From an uncultured bacterium (GTDB taxonomy: Bacteria > Fidelibacterota > Marinisomatia > Marinisomatales > Marinisomataceae): DNA of 64,000 nucleotides. This document shows positions 19,695 to 30,247 of this stretch, one piece after another. The position numbers and the translations under genes were made by a program. The notes under the pieces were generated by a model, which saw only the letters and a program-made list of their open reading frames with translations, searched no databases and had not been told where the DNA came from. The first letter of the stretch is position 1. The number at the start of each line of letters is the position of its first letter. Where the stretch lies: assembly GCA_905182795.1 (NCBI GenBank), contig CAJJCZ010000009.1, positions 11,437-75,436 on the forward strand, in the 5' to 3' direction.

Positions 19695-20371
19695 AAAATA
19701 CAAAATTTGCAAAATCAGTTTCAGAGCAATTAGACTATTCTAAGTCCTATGGTATAGATGAAGCAATGTCCTTACTTATGGGTCTTAAAAGATCTACTTT
19801 TGCTGAATCTGTTGATGTAGCATTTAATCTAGGGGTTGATCCTAGGCATGCAGAAGAAAATATTAGATTAAGTCTAATATTACCACACGGTATTGGACGA
19901 AATGTTTCAGTTTTAGCTATAGTAAATTCTGAAAAAGAAGCAGAAGCAAAAGAAGCGGGAGCAGACTTTGTGGGGAATGAAGAATATCTTGAAAAAATAA
20001 AATCAGGATGGACTGATGTTGACAAGATAGTAGTTACTCCAGATTTAATGGGACAATTAGGAAAGCTAGGTAAAGTGTTAGGGCCTAAAGGTTTAATGCC
20101 AAATCCTAAATCTGGAACAGTGACAAATGAGGTAGCTAAAGCAATTAAAGAATTAAAAGCAGGTAAACTCGATGCTAGAGTAGAAAAGAATGGAATTTTA
20201 CAGTCTTCTATAGGTAAAACATCTTTTTCTGAACAAGAGTTGAAAGAAAATTTTGAAACTCTTCGCTCTGCTTTAATGTCTGCAAAACCTAACTCTTTTA
20301 AAGGTAAATATTTGAATTCAATTAGTATATCCTCGACATTAGGTCCAGGAATTAAAATAGGAACTGAATAA
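19691..20371 (+). CDS. rplA: 50S ribosomal protein L1
   Basis: [26 protein letters not shown]. Confidence 0.98.
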   Translation: MKNTKFAKSVSEQLDYSKSYGIDEAMSLLMGLKRSTFAESVDVAFNLGVDPRHAEENIRLSLILPHGIGRNVSVLAIVNSEKEAEAKEAGADFVGNEEYLEKIKSGWTDVDKIVVTPDLMGQLGKLGKVLGPKGLMPNPKSGTVTNEVAKAIKELKAGKLDARVEKNGILQSSIGKTSFSEQELKENFETLRSALMSAKPNSFKGKYLNSISISSTLGPGIKIGTE

Positions 20372-20373
20372 TT

Positions 20374-20892
20374 ATGCCAAGTACTAAAAATTTAGACGCA
20401 GTTAAAAAACTGAGTGACAAGCTAAGTAAAGCTAAGGCAGTATACTTTACTGAGTATTCAGGCTTGGATGTTGTTAGTATAACTCGATTAAGAAAAGAAT
20501 TTGTGATGAAAGATGTAGAATTCACAATAGCAAAAAATACTTTAATTAAATTAGCCGCAAAAGAGGCAGGAATGTCAGGTATTGACGAATTCCTTAAAGG
20601 GCCAACAGCGATGGCTGTTAGTTATGAAGATCCAACTAATCCGGCGCAAGTAATTAAAGATTTTTTAAAAGATTTTGATAAGCCTTCAGTAAAAGGTATG
20701 ATTTTAGATGGAGAGGTATTCGAAGCAAATGAGTTTGAAAGAATAGCTAATCTACCTTCAAAAGATCAACTTTTATCTAAATTGGTTGGAATGTTAAATT
20801 CCCCGATGGCAAAACTGAGCAGTACTTTAGGAAGTCCTGTTTCTGGCTTATTAGGAGCACTTGAACAATTAAACTCAAAGAAAGGTAGTTAA
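20374..20892 (+). CDS. rplJ: 50S ribosomal protein L10
   Basis: KNTL, GPTA, A.LPSK.QL; gene order. Confidence 0.96.
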   Translation: MPSTKNLDAVKKLSDKLSKAKAVYFTEYSGLDVVSITRLRKEFVMKDVEFTIAKNTLIKLAAKEAGMSGIDEFLKGPTAMAVSYEDPTNPAQVIKDFLKDFDKPSVKGMILDGEVFEANEFERIANLPSKDQLLSKLVGMLNSPMAKLSSTLGSPVSGLLGALEQLNSKKGS

Positions 20893-20893
20893 A

Positions 20894-21274
20894 ATGAGCA
20901 CTAAAAGAGAAGATGTTTTACAGTATTTAGAAGAAGCTAACATGATAGAGATATCTGAGCTTGTAAAAGATATTGAAGAGAAGTTTGGCGTAACAGCTGC
21001 TGTACCTGTTGCCGCAGTCGCAGGAGCGGCCGGTGGAGATTCTGCTGGAGAAGCTGCTGAAAAAAGTGATTTTAATGTAGTCGTAACGGCTGCTGGTCAA
21101 TCAAAAATCGCTGTGATTAAAGTTGTTAGAGAGATAACTAGTTTAGGACTTAAGGAAGCTAAAGAGTTGGTTGATTCTGCTCCTAAAGCTGTGAAAGAAG
21201 GCGTTGCTAAAGATGAGGCAGAAGGTTTGAAGTCTCAACTTGAGGAAGCCGGAGCTACAGTAGAATTACAATAA
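20894..21274 (+). CDS. rplL: 50S ribosomal protein L7/L12
   Basis: EEKFGVTAA hinge, [19 protein letters not shown]. Confidence 0.98.
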   Translation: MSTKREDVLQYLEEANMIEISELVKDIEEKFGVTAAVPVAAVAGAAGGDSAGEAAEKSDFNVVVTAAGQSKIAVIKVVREITSLGLKEAKELVDSAPKAVKEGVAKDEAEGLKSQLEEAGATVELQ

Positions 21275-21321
21275 TATAACTAAGTATATTAATTAACCAA
21301 TTTTTTGGAGGAATAGCTATC

Positions 21322-24300
21322 TTGAATAACAGACATAGTTTTGAAAAAATAAGAACAGAAGTAGAGCTACCAAATCTTCTCGATTTACAGGTAGGTTCTT
21401 TTCATAAATTTTTACAGGAAGATGTGAAGCCAAAAGACAGAATAATGTTTGGCTTACATGAAGCATTTGCTTCAATTTTTCCACTACAGGATAATCATGA
21501 AAATTATATACTTGAATACAAGAGCTATACGATTGGAAAACCTAGATATACTCCAAGAGAATGTTCAGATCGTGGCATTACTTATAATGTGCCTCTCAGT
21601 GTAAAATTACGTCTAAAGATTACAGACGAAAAAGATAAAAAGAAGTTTGCCCAGGTTATAGACCAAGATGTTTACTTTGGTAATATGCCATACATGACAG
21701 GTAAAGGTACTTTTATCATTAACGGAGCAGAGAGAACTGTTGTAACTCAGTTACAAAGATCTCCAGGTGCTTTCTTTGATCAAAAATTTCATCCAAATGG
21801 TGCAAAGCTCTATAATGCTAGAATTATTCCAATTAGAGGATCTTGGATTGATTTTACAACAGATATTAATGATATTTTATTTACTATTATTGATAGAAAG
21901 AGAAAGTTCCCAGCAACCTTATTGCTAAGATCTTTAGGGTTTAGTTCAGATGAAGATATTTATAATGCATTTGATTTAGTTCTTGAAATGGATCCATCTA
22001 AGATCGAAACAGATAATTTAACCGATTATATTACTGTTGAAGATACAATAGACATGGAAACAGGCGAGCTAGTAGTTGAAGGCGGAAAAGAGTTAAATGA
22101 AACTATTGTCAGTGCTTTAAAAAACAATAAAACAAAAACTGTTAAGCTTGTTGATGTGAGAAATAATATTGATAGTATGATGATATACAATACTATCAAA
22201 AAAGATCCTACAAAATCTACAGAAGAGGCTTTATTAAAAGTATATTATCTATTAAGAGGTAGTGATGCTCCTAGTCCTGAATCTGCTCAAAAATTTATCG
22301 ATAGAATGTTTTTCTCTCCTAAGAAATATGATTTAGGACAAGTAGGAAGATATCGTTTAGATAAGCAGTTTAATTTAGATAATAAGGGAAAAGATTCCGT
22401 TCTGACGCATGACGATTTTCTTATTACTGTTAAATATTTAATTTTAATGAGAAAAGGGATGAAATCTCCTGACGATATTGATCATCTAGGAAATAGAAGA
22501 GTAAGAACTGTAGGTGAGCAACTTAAAGTGCAGTTTAATTCGGCTTTAGCTAGAATGCAAAGAACTGTATATGAAAGAATGAATTTGAGAGAACAAGAGA
22601 CAATTACTCCTCAAGATTTAATCAACTCAAGATTGGTAACTACTGTGATTAATACATTCTTTGGAACTAGTCAATTATCTCAATTTGGAGATCAAACAAA
22701 TCCTTTAGCAGAGATTACTCACAAAAGAAGAATTTCTTCTCTTGGACCTGGTGGTCTTTCAAGAGAAAGAGCTGGTTTTGAAGTTAGAGATGTTCACTAT
22801 ACACACTATGGAAGATTGTGTCCAATAGAAACCCCTGAGGGTCCAAATATTGGTTTGATATCATCGCTTGCTTTAATGGCAAAAATTAATAGTCATGGAT
22901 TTATTGAAGCTCCTTATAGAGTTGTAGATAATCTAATTGTAACAGAAGAGACCAAATACCTATCAGCTGACGATGAAGATAGAGCAAATATTGCTCAATC
23001 AGGATTAAGTGTTGATAGTGAAAATAAAATAAGTGAACCAAAAGTAAGAGTTAGATCGAAGGGAGATTTCCCTATTGTAGATCCAGAACTTGTTGCATAT
23101 ACTGATATTGTACCAAATCAAATTTTGAGTGTTGCAGCTGCTTTAATTCCATTTGTTGAACATGATGATGCTAATAGAGCATTGATGGGTTCAAATATGC
23201 AACGTCAATCTGTGCCATTATTAAAAGCAGAGGCACCTATTGTAGCTACCGGTATGGAAAGAAAGGTTGCAAGAGATTCTCAAGCAGTACTTCTTTCACC
23301 TGTTTCGGGAACGGTTATGCATGTTGATTCTAATAAAATTATTATTAAAGACAATAATTATCCTGACAGCACAGTATTGAAAAAGAATGCAAATCTTCGT
23401 ACTATAGATCTAATCAAGTATGCTAGATCTAATCAGAATACATGTTACAATCAGAAAGTAATTGTTACTGAAGGTGATAAAGTCAAAAAAGGACAAGTTA
23501 TTGCTGATGGAGCTTCCACTGAAAATGGTGAATTAGCTTTAGGGAAGAATGTTTTAGTAGCCCTTATGCCTTGGAATGGATATAATTTTGAGGATGCTAT
23601 CGTTATCAATGAAAGACTTGTAAGAGATGACGTATTTACTTCTATTCATGTAAATGAAATTGAGTTAGAAGTGCGAGATACAAAAAGAGGAGAAGAAGAA
23701 TTAACTCCTGAAATTCCTAATGTAAGCGAGGAAGCAACTTCTCAATTAGATGAAGATGGTCTTATTCGAGTAGGTGCTATTGTTAATGAAGATGATATAT
23801 TAATTGGTAAAGTAACTCCTAAAGGGGAAACAGATCCATCTCCAGAAGAAAAGCTTCTTAGGGCAATTTTTGGAGAAAAAGCAGGAGATGTTAAAGATGC
23901 TTCGAAGAAAGCTGAGCCTGGAGTAAAAGGTGTAGTGATCAAGACTAATCTTTATGAAAAAACATCAAAGCAATCTAGGGCAGAAGTAAATGAGCAAATT
24001 AAAGAATTGCAGAAGAATAAAAGAGAAGAAGAAAGATCTTTAAGAGTTACTAGAGATAACTTACTTAAGTCTGTTCTTAGTGATAAGATTACTCTTGGAA
24101 TAAAAGCTAATAGAGATGGAAAGGTCTTGGTAAAGAAAGGGACTAAATTAACATTAAAGAAATTAGATGATTTTAATTTTGAGTTATTTTCTACAGAAGA
24201 TGCTTGGATTTCAGGTGTAAAGACATGGGAAAAACTATTAAATATTCTTAGTGCCTTTACTGACACTCTTACCACTCTTGATACAGAATTAGAATCAAGT

Positions 24301-25065
24301 ATTTTCAAGCTCAAAGAAGGCGATCAACTTCAACCTGGTATTTTAAAACTAGCTAAGGTCTATGTAGCTAATAAACGAAAAGTATCTATTGGAGATAAGA
24401 TGGCTGGTAGACATGGTAATAAAGGTGTAATTGCAACAATTGTACCTGAAGAAAATATGCCTTATTTAGAGGATGGTACACCAGTGGATATTTGTTTAAA
24501 TCCTTTAGGTGTTCCTTCTAGAATGAATCTAGGTCAATTATATGAGACTATGTTAGGTTGGGCAGGAAAAATACTTGATGAAAAATATGAGACTCCAGTT
24601 TTTAATGGTGCAACACCTGAAGAGGTAGCTGCAAAAATGAAAGAAGCTGGATTACCAGATAGTGGTAAAGTGACATTGTATGACGGTCTTACAGGAGAAA
24701 AAATTGATAATCCGGTATTAGTTGGTTACATGTATATTCTGAAATTATTTCATATGGTTGATGACAAAATGCATGCTAGATCGACTGGTCCGTATTCACT
24801 AGTTACTCAACAACCTCTAGGCGGAAAAGCGCAATTTGGTGGACAAAGATTTGGTGAAATGGAAGTTTGGGCACTTCAAGCTTATGGTGCTGCACATACG
24901 TTAAGAGAAATCTTAACTATCAAATCAGATGACATTGAAGGTAGATCAAAAACTTACAGCGCACTTGTCAAGGGAGAAGATTTACCCGATCCAACAACCC
25001 CAGAAGCTTTCAATGTATTTATGAAAGAGATTCAAGGTCTTGGATTAGACATAACTTTAGATTAA
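21322..25065 (+). CDS. rpoB: RNA polymerase beta subunit
   Basis: TTG start after GGAGG; DDIDHLGNRR, CPIETPEGPNIGL, GDKMAGRHGNKG, GGQRFGEME. Confidence 0.99.
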   Translation: MNNRHSFEKIRTEVELPNLLDLQVGSFHKFLQEDVKPKDRIMFGLHEAFASIFPLQDNHENYILEYKSYTIGKPRYTPRECSDRGITYNVPLSVKLRLKITDEKDKKKFAQVIDQDVYFGNMPYMTGKGTFIINGAERTVVTQLQRSPGAFFDQKFHPNGAKLYNARIIPIRGSWIDFTTDINDILFTIIDRKRKFPATLLLRSLGFSSDEDIYNAFDLVLEMDPSKIETDNLTDYITVEDTIDMETGELVVEGGKELNETIVSALKNNKTKTVKLVDVRNNIDSMMIYNTIKKDPTKSTEEALLKVYYLLRGSDAPSPESAQKFIDRMFFSPKKYDLGQVGRYRLDKQFNLDNKGKDSVLTHDDFLITVKYLILMRKGMKSPDDIDHLGNRRVRTVGEQLKVQFNSALARMQRTVYERMNLREQETITPQDLINSRLVTTVINTFFGTSQLSQFGDQTNPLAEITHKRRISSLGPGGLSRERAGFEVRDVHYTHYGRLCPIETPEGPNIGLISSLALMAKINSHGFIEAPYRVVDNLIVTEETKYLSADDEDRANIAQSGLSVDSENKISEPKVRVRSKGDFPIVDPELVAYTDIVPNQILSVAAALIPFVEHDDANRALMGSNMQRQSVPLLKAEAPIVATGMERKVARDSQAVLLSPVSGTVMHVDSNKIIIKDNNYPDSTVLKKNANLRTIDLIKYARSNQNTCYNQKVIVTEGDKVKKGQVIADGASTENGELALGKNVLVALMPWNGYNFEDAIVINERLVRDDVFTSIHVNEIELEVRDTKRGEEELTPEIPNVSEEATSQLDEDGLIRVGAIVNEDDILIGKVTPKGETDPSPEEKLLRAIFGEKAGDVKDASKKAEPGVKGVVIKTNLYEKTSKQSRAEVNEQIKELQKNKREEERSLRVTRDNLLKSVLSDKITLGIKANRDGKVLVKKGTKLTLKKLDDFNFELFSTEDAWISGVKTWEKLLNILSAFTDTLTTLDTELESSIFKLKEGDQLQPGILKLAKVYVANKRKVSIGDKMAGRHGNKGVIATIVPEENMPYLEDGTPVDICLNPLGVPSRMNLGQLYETMLGWAGKILDEKYETPVFNGATPEEVAAKMKEAGLPDSGKVTLYDGLTGEKIDNPVLVGYMYILKLFHMVDDKMHARSTGPYSLVTQQPLGGKAQFGGQRFGEMEVWALQAYGAAHTLREILTIKSDDIEGRSKTYSALVKGEDLPDPTTPEAFNVFMKEIQGLGLDITLD

Positions 25066-25081
25066 AGGGAAAAAAATAAAA

Positions 25082-28000
25082 ATGTATAAAGCAAAAAATA
25101 GTATTTCACTTAAACTGGCTTCACCAGAAAAGATTCTTGAAGGATCTTTTGGGGAGGTTTTAAAGCCTGAAACAATTAACTATCGTTCTTATAAGCCAGA
25201 AAAAGATGGACTATTCTGCGAAAAGATCTTTGGACCTGTAAAAGATTTTGAATGTCATTGCGGTAAGTATAAAGGCATTAGGTATAGAGGTATTATATGT
25301 GATAGATGTGGTGTTGAAGTAACTACGAAAAAAGTTCGTAGAAATAGAATGGGTCATATTACATTAGCTGTACCAGTTGTACATATTTGGTTTCTAAAAT
25401 CAATACCTAGTAAGTTAAGTTACATATTAGGTAAAAGTGCAAAACAATTAGAAAGTGTAATTTATTATGAAAATTATCTAGTAATCAATCCTGGAAAAAG
25501 TGATTATAAAAGATTTGACTTAATAGACGAGGAAGAATATCTAAAACTAGAAATGGAATTTGGTTATGAAGCCTCTTCACAAGAAGAAAAAGAAGAAGAG
25601 TCTCATTTCTATGCAGCTATGGGTGGCGAAGCTATTAAAGATGGATTAGCTGAAATGGATCTATTAGAACTTAAAAAAGATTTAGAGTTGATTAGCGCTA
25701 CATCAAACTCAAAGCAAAAGAGAGAAGACGCTTTAAAGAGATTGAAAGTAGTAAAAGATTTTGCTAGAGATAGAAATAATAAACCTGAATGGATGATTGT
25801 CTCAATTTTACCTGTTATGCCTCCAGAACTAAGACCTTTAGTTCCTTTAGAAGGTGGACGATTTGCAGCTAGTGACTTAAATGATCTTTATAGAAGAATT
25901 ATTATTAGAAATAATCGCTTAAAACAATTAATGGATATTCAAGCTCCTGAAGTAATTCTTAGAAATGAAAAAAGAATGCTCCAAGAGTCTGTTGATGCCC
26001 TTTTTGACAACACAAAAAGAAAGACTGCTATAAGAAGTGGATCTAAGAGACCTCTAAAATCTATATCAGATATGTTAAGAGGTAAGCAAGGTAGATTTAG
26101 ACAAAACTTGCTAGGTAAGAGAGTTGATTACTCTGGTAGATCTGTTATTGTTGTTGGTCCAGAACTAAAAATGACACAATGTGGTATTCCAAAGAATATG
26201 GCATTAGAGCTTTTTAAGCCTCATTTAATAAGAGAGCTAATTAGAAGAGATTTAGCTGCAACCCCTAGAAGTGCTAAACTAATGATTGAAAATAAAGAAT
26301 CGTTTGTATATGAGATTTTAGAAACTGTAGTAAGAGATCATCCTGTGATGCTAAATAGAGCTCCAACCTTGCATAGGTTGGGAATTATAGCCTTTCAACC
26401 AATATTAATTGACGGTAAAGCAATTAGAGTTCACCCTCTTGTTTGTTCTGCATTTAATGCTGACTTTGATGGTGACCAAATGGCGGTTCATGTACCTTTA
26501 TCTGTTCCAGCTCAATTGGAAGCTAGAGTCTTAATGATGGCTAGTCAGAATGTGTTGCATCCTGCAAGTGGAAAACCAATTACAGTACCTTCACAAGATA
26601 TGATTCTTGGTTGTTATTATTTAACAAGAAAGAGAACTAAACAATTAGGTGAAGGAAAGAACTTTGGATCTATCGATGAAGTAAAGATAGCATATGAAAA
26701 TCAAAAAGTTGGACTCCATGCAATTGTTAATGTTAGACATAACGGGCAATGGTATAAAGACACAACTGCTGGTCGTGCTATATTTAATGCTATTATTCCA
26801 GATGAATTAGGTTATTATGATGAGATAATTTCTAAGAAGAAATTAAGTTTTATTATTGGTGAATCTTTTGTAAAAGCTGGAAATGCTAAAACTGTAACAC
26901 TATTAGACGATCTTAAAGATATTGGGTTTAAAACAGCTACTAAGAGTGGAATATCAATTTCTATTAGTGATATTATTATACCAGATAAAAAGCATGATAT
27001 TATAGCTGGCGCTGAAAAAGAAGTAGAAAAAATTCAAGGACGATTTAATCGACATATTCTAACAGAAGGTGAGAGATATAATAAAGTTATTGATGTATGG
27101 ACAAAAGCAACAAGTGATGTAGCTGACGTAATGATGAATGGTTTGAAATCTGACGATGAAGGATTTAATTCCGTTTATATGATGGCTGATTCTGGAGCTA
27201 GGGGTAGTGGAGACCAAATAAAGCAATTAGCTGGCATGAGAGGTCTAATGGCAAAACCAAGAAAATCTATGGTCGGTGGTGGAGAAATTATAGAAAGTCC
27301 AATTCAGTCTAATTTTAAAGAAGGTCTATCTGTAATGGAATACTTCATATCTACTCATGGAGCAAGAAAAGGTTTAGCTGATACTGCATTAAAAACAGCA
27401 GATGCTGGATATTTAACTCGAAGATTAGTTGATGTTGCACAAGATGTAGTCATATCAGAATTTGACTGTAAAACTATTAATGGAATTACAGTTGCAGATT
27501 TAAAAGAGGGAGAAGAAGTAGTAGAGTCTCTATCTGAAAGAATTCTTGGTAGAACTTCATCTGAGAAAATCATTATTGATGGTAAAACCGTTATTAAATC
27601 AGGAGAAGTCTTTGATGAGCATAAAGCTGTTATGGTTGTAAATAATAATTTTACTACTGTTAAAATAAAATCTATACTTACTTGTGAATCTAGAAGAGGT
27701 GTATGTGCAAAATGTTATGGCTGGGATTTAACAAGAAGAGAATTAGTAACAATTGGTAGTGCTGTAGGTATTATTGCAGCTCAAAGTATTGGAGAACCTG
27801 GTACTCAGTTAACACTAAGAACTTTCCATATTGGAGGAACGGCAACTAGAATTGTTGAAGAATCTGATATGAAATCTAAGCATAATGGTATAGCAAAATT
27901 TAACGATGACTATCAATCTGCTAAGACTATTGACGAAGATGGTGAAGAAGTGGTTAGATGTTTAACTAGAAATTCAAAGCTTCATATTATTGATTCAAAA

Positions 28001-29257
28001 GATAATATACTTGAAGAATACAATGTCCCTTATGGTGCTAATGTCAATATCAAAGACGGCGCTAAAGTTAAGAAGGGTGCGATTCTATTCTCATGGGATC
28101 CATATACAGATCTCATATTAGCTAGACAGTCTGGTGTTATCAAAATGAAAGATTTTATTGAAGGCGACACCTATCAAGAAGAAGCTGTAGATGGCGGTAA
28201 AAAGCAAAAAGTTGTTACCGAATCAAAAGATAGAAGATTAAGTCCTCAAATTGAAATTTATAGCAAAGATGGAGATATCTTGTCAGGTGGAACTATCTTG
28301 CCTGTAAAAGCAACATTGGTAGTAAATGATGGACAAGATGTTAGTCAGGGCCAGACCTTAGTGAAGATCCAGAAAGATGTTGGTAAAACTAGAGATATTA
28401 CTGGTGGTCTACCAAGGGTAGCAGAATTATTTGAAGCAAGAAAGCCTGCAAATCCTGCTGTAGTAAGTGAAATTAACGGTACAGTAGAGTTTGGTGAAAT
28501 CAAGCGAGGTGTAAGAAAAGTTTCAGTAACACCTTCTAACGGTAAGTCTGTTATTTATAAGATTCCATATGGAAAGCATGTAGTAGTTCATGAAGGTGAC
28601 TTTATAACAGCTGGAACTGCATTATGTGAAGGTGCAATTTCTCCTGCTGATATTCTTAAAATTCTTGGTCCAAATGCTGTTAGAGAATATTTGGTCAATG
28701 AAATTCAAGAAGTTTATAGATTGCAAGGAGTAGGAATTAATGATAAACATATCGAAGTGATTGTTAATCAAATGATGAAAAAAGTTATTATTAATAGCCC
28801 AGGAGATACTTCATATCTTCCAGGAGAGAGACTGGACAAGTCTACTCTATTTAATGAGAATGATTATATGAAAGGTATGGTTGTAATTGATGCTTCTGGA
28901 GATTCAAATTTAGAAGTCGGTATTATGATTTCTCAAAACGAAGTAAAAGAGCTTAATAAAGAGTTTAAGACTCAAGACAAGAATCTAGTGAAATTTCATA
29001 AAGCGCAATCAGCTACATTCCAACCAATCTTAATGGGAATTACTCAATCTTCTCTTAATACTACAAGTTTTATTTCTGCAGCTTCTTTCCAGGAAACAAC
29101 GAGAGTATTAACAGATGCAGCGACCGCATCAAAAACGGATCATTTGCTAGGCTTGAAAGAGAATGTTGCTTTAGGACGATTAATCCCTGCTGGAACAGGA
29201 TTTCCTGCCTTACAAAACATTCAATTAGAACAAGAAAGTCAAGAAGAAGATCAATAG
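25082..29257 (+). CDS. rpoC: RNA polymerase beta' subunit
   Basis: NADFDGDQMAVH, both Zn sites intact, EPGTQLTLRTFH, SAASFQET. Confidence 0.99.
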   Translation: MYKAKNSISLKLASPEKILEGSFGEVLKPETINYRSYKPEKDGLFCEKIFGPVKDFECHCGKYKGIRYRGIICDRCGVEVTTKKVRRNRMGHITLAVPVVHIWFLKSIPSKLSYILGKSAKQLESVIYYENYLVINPGKSDYKRFDLIDEEEYLKLEMEFGYEASSQEEKEEESHFYAAMGGEAIKDGLAEMDLLELKKDLELISATSNSKQKREDALKRLKVVKDFARDRNNKPEWMIVSILPVMPPELRPLVPLEGGRFAASDLNDLYRRIIIRNNRLKQLMDIQAPEVILRNEKRMLQESVDALFDNTKRKTAIRSGSKRPLKSISDMLRGKQGRFRQNLLGKRVDYSGRSVIVVGPELKMTQCGIPKNMALELFKPHLIRELIRRDLAATPRSAKLMIENKESFVYEILETVVRDHPVMLNRAPTLHRLGIIAFQPILIDGKAIRVHPLVCSAFNADFDGDQMAVHVPLSVPAQLEARVLMMASQNVLHPASGKPITVPSQDMILGCYYLTRKRTKQLGEGKNFGSIDEVKIAYENQKVGLHAIVNVRHNGQWYKDTTAGRAIFNAIIPDELGYYDEIISKKKLSFIIGESFVKAGNAKTVTLLDDLKDIGFKTATKSGISISISDIIIPDKKHDIIAGAEKEVEKIQGRFNRHILTEGERYNKVIDVWTKATSDVADVMMNGLKSDDEGFNSVYMMADSGARGSGDQIKQLAGMRGLMAKPRKSMVGGGEIIESPIQSNFKEGLSVMEYFISTHGARKGLADTALKTADAGYLTRRLVDVAQDVVISEFDCKTINGITVADLKEGEEVVESLSERILGRTSSEKIIIDGKTVIKSGEVFDEHKAVMVVNNNFTTVKIKSILTCESRRGVCAKCYGWDLTRRELVTIGSAVGIIAAQSIGEPGTQLTLRTFHIGGTATRIVEESDMKSKHNGIAKFNDDYQSAKTIDEDGEEVVRCLTRNSKLHIIDSKDNILEEYNVPYGANVNIKDGAKVKKGAILFSWDPYTDLILARQSGVIKMKDFIEGDTYQEEAVDGGKKQKVVTESKDRRLSPQIEIYSKDGDILSGGTILPVKATLVVNDGQDVSQGQTLVKIQKDVGKTRDITGGLPRVAELFEARKPANPAVVSEINGTVEFGEIKRGVRKVSVTPSNGKSVIYKIPYGKHVVVHEGDFITAGTALCEGAISPADILKILGPNAVREYLVNEIQEVYRLQGVGINDKHIEVIVNQMMKKVIINSPGDTSYLPGERLDKSTLFNENDYMKGMVVIDASGDSNLEVGIMISQNEVKELNKEFKTQDKNLVKFHKAQSATFQPILMGITQSSLNTTSFISAASFQETTRVLTDAATASKTDHLLGLKENVALGRLIPAGTGFPALQNIQLEQESQEEDQ

Positions 29258-29326
29258 ATTTTCTTCTTGAAACCTTTTTAAGCGTGTTCTTAAAAATATA
29301 TACTTTCTACGCGTTCGAGAAAACGT

Positions 29327-29355
29327 TTGATTCTTCCATCTTATAACAATATATT
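29327..29355 (+). promoter_or_regulatory. Putative sigma70-type promoter of the str/S10/spc/alpha operon
   Basis: TTGATT-N17-TATATT about 40 nt upstream of rpsL. Confidence 0.6.
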
Positions 29356-29394
29356 CCTCGGTACTTTTAAATTGATTAAAGGAAAAAATAATTT

Positions 29395-29769
29395 ATGCCA
29401 ACAGTGAACCAGTTGATTAGAAAGAGCAGAAAAAAGATTGTTAAAAAGTCTGCTAGTAGAGCTCTGGAGAATAGTCCTCAAAAAAGAGGGGTATGTGTTC
29501 GAGTGTATACAACTACGCCTAAAAAACCTAATTCTGCTTTAAGAAAAGTAGCCAGAGTTAGATTGACAAATGGTATTGAGGCAAATGCATATATTCCTGG
29601 AGAAGGTCATAATTTACAAGAACACTCAATTGTATTAATAGAGGGGGGAAGAGTTAAAGATCTTCCTGGTGTTCGCTATCACATTGTACGTGGTTCATTA
29701 GATACTGCAGGTGTTAATGATAGAAAAACAAGTAGATCACGTTACGGAGCAAAGAAACCTAAAAGCTAA
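29395..29769 (+). CDS. rpsL: 30S ribosomal protein S12
   Basis: [23 protein letters not shown]. Confidence 0.99.
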   Translation: MPTVNQLIRKSRKKIVKKSASRALENSPQKRGVCVRVYTTTPKKPNSALRKVARVRLTNGIEANAYIPGEGHNLQEHSIVLIEGGRVKDLPGVRYHIVRGSLDTAGVNDRKTSRSRYGAKKPKS

Positions 29770-29771
29770 AT

Positions 29772-30245
29772 ATGAGAAGAAGAAGACCAGAAAAGAGAAC
29801 TATTAATCCAGATCCAAAATTTAATGATTTGCAAGTTTCAAAATTTATGAATTACTTACTTGTAGGTGGAAAAAAAGGTATTGCTGAAAAAATTCTTTAT
29901 GATGCATTTGATATTATAGAAGAAAAAAGTAGTAAAGACCCGGTTGAGGTATTTAAAAAAGCATTAAATAATACTGCACCTCATGTTGAAGTAAAATCAA
30001 AGAGAATTGGTGGAGCTACTTATCAAGTACCTATCGAAGTTCCCAATAGAAGACAATTCTATTTAGCAGCTCATTGGATTATCGATGCTGCAAAAAATAA
30101 ATCAGGTAGCCCTATGTCAAAGCGTTTAGCTGGAGAGTTACTTTCTGCTTCAAATAATGAAGGAAATGCTATTAAGAAGAAAGAAGATGTACATCGTATG
30201 GCTGAAGCAAACAAAGCATTTGCACACTTTGGGAGAGCTAGATAA
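29772..30245 (+). CDS. rpsG: 30S ribosomal protein S7
   Basis: [22 protein letters not shown]. Confidence 0.99.
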   Translation: MRRRRPEKRTINPDPKFNDLQVSKFMNYLLVGGKKGIAEKILYDAFDIIEEKSSKDPVEVFKKALNNTAPHVEVKSKRIGGATYQVPIEVPNRRQFYLAAHWIIDAAKNKSGSPMSKRLAGELLSASNNEGNAIKKKEDVHRMAEANKAFAHFGRAR

Positions 30246-30247
30246 TT

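Noticed and set aside
23950-24310. Large insertions in RpoB and RpoC as possible inteins
   Set aside because: No intein splice motifs (N-terminal C/S, C-terminal HN); they match known lineage-specific RNA polymerase insertions.
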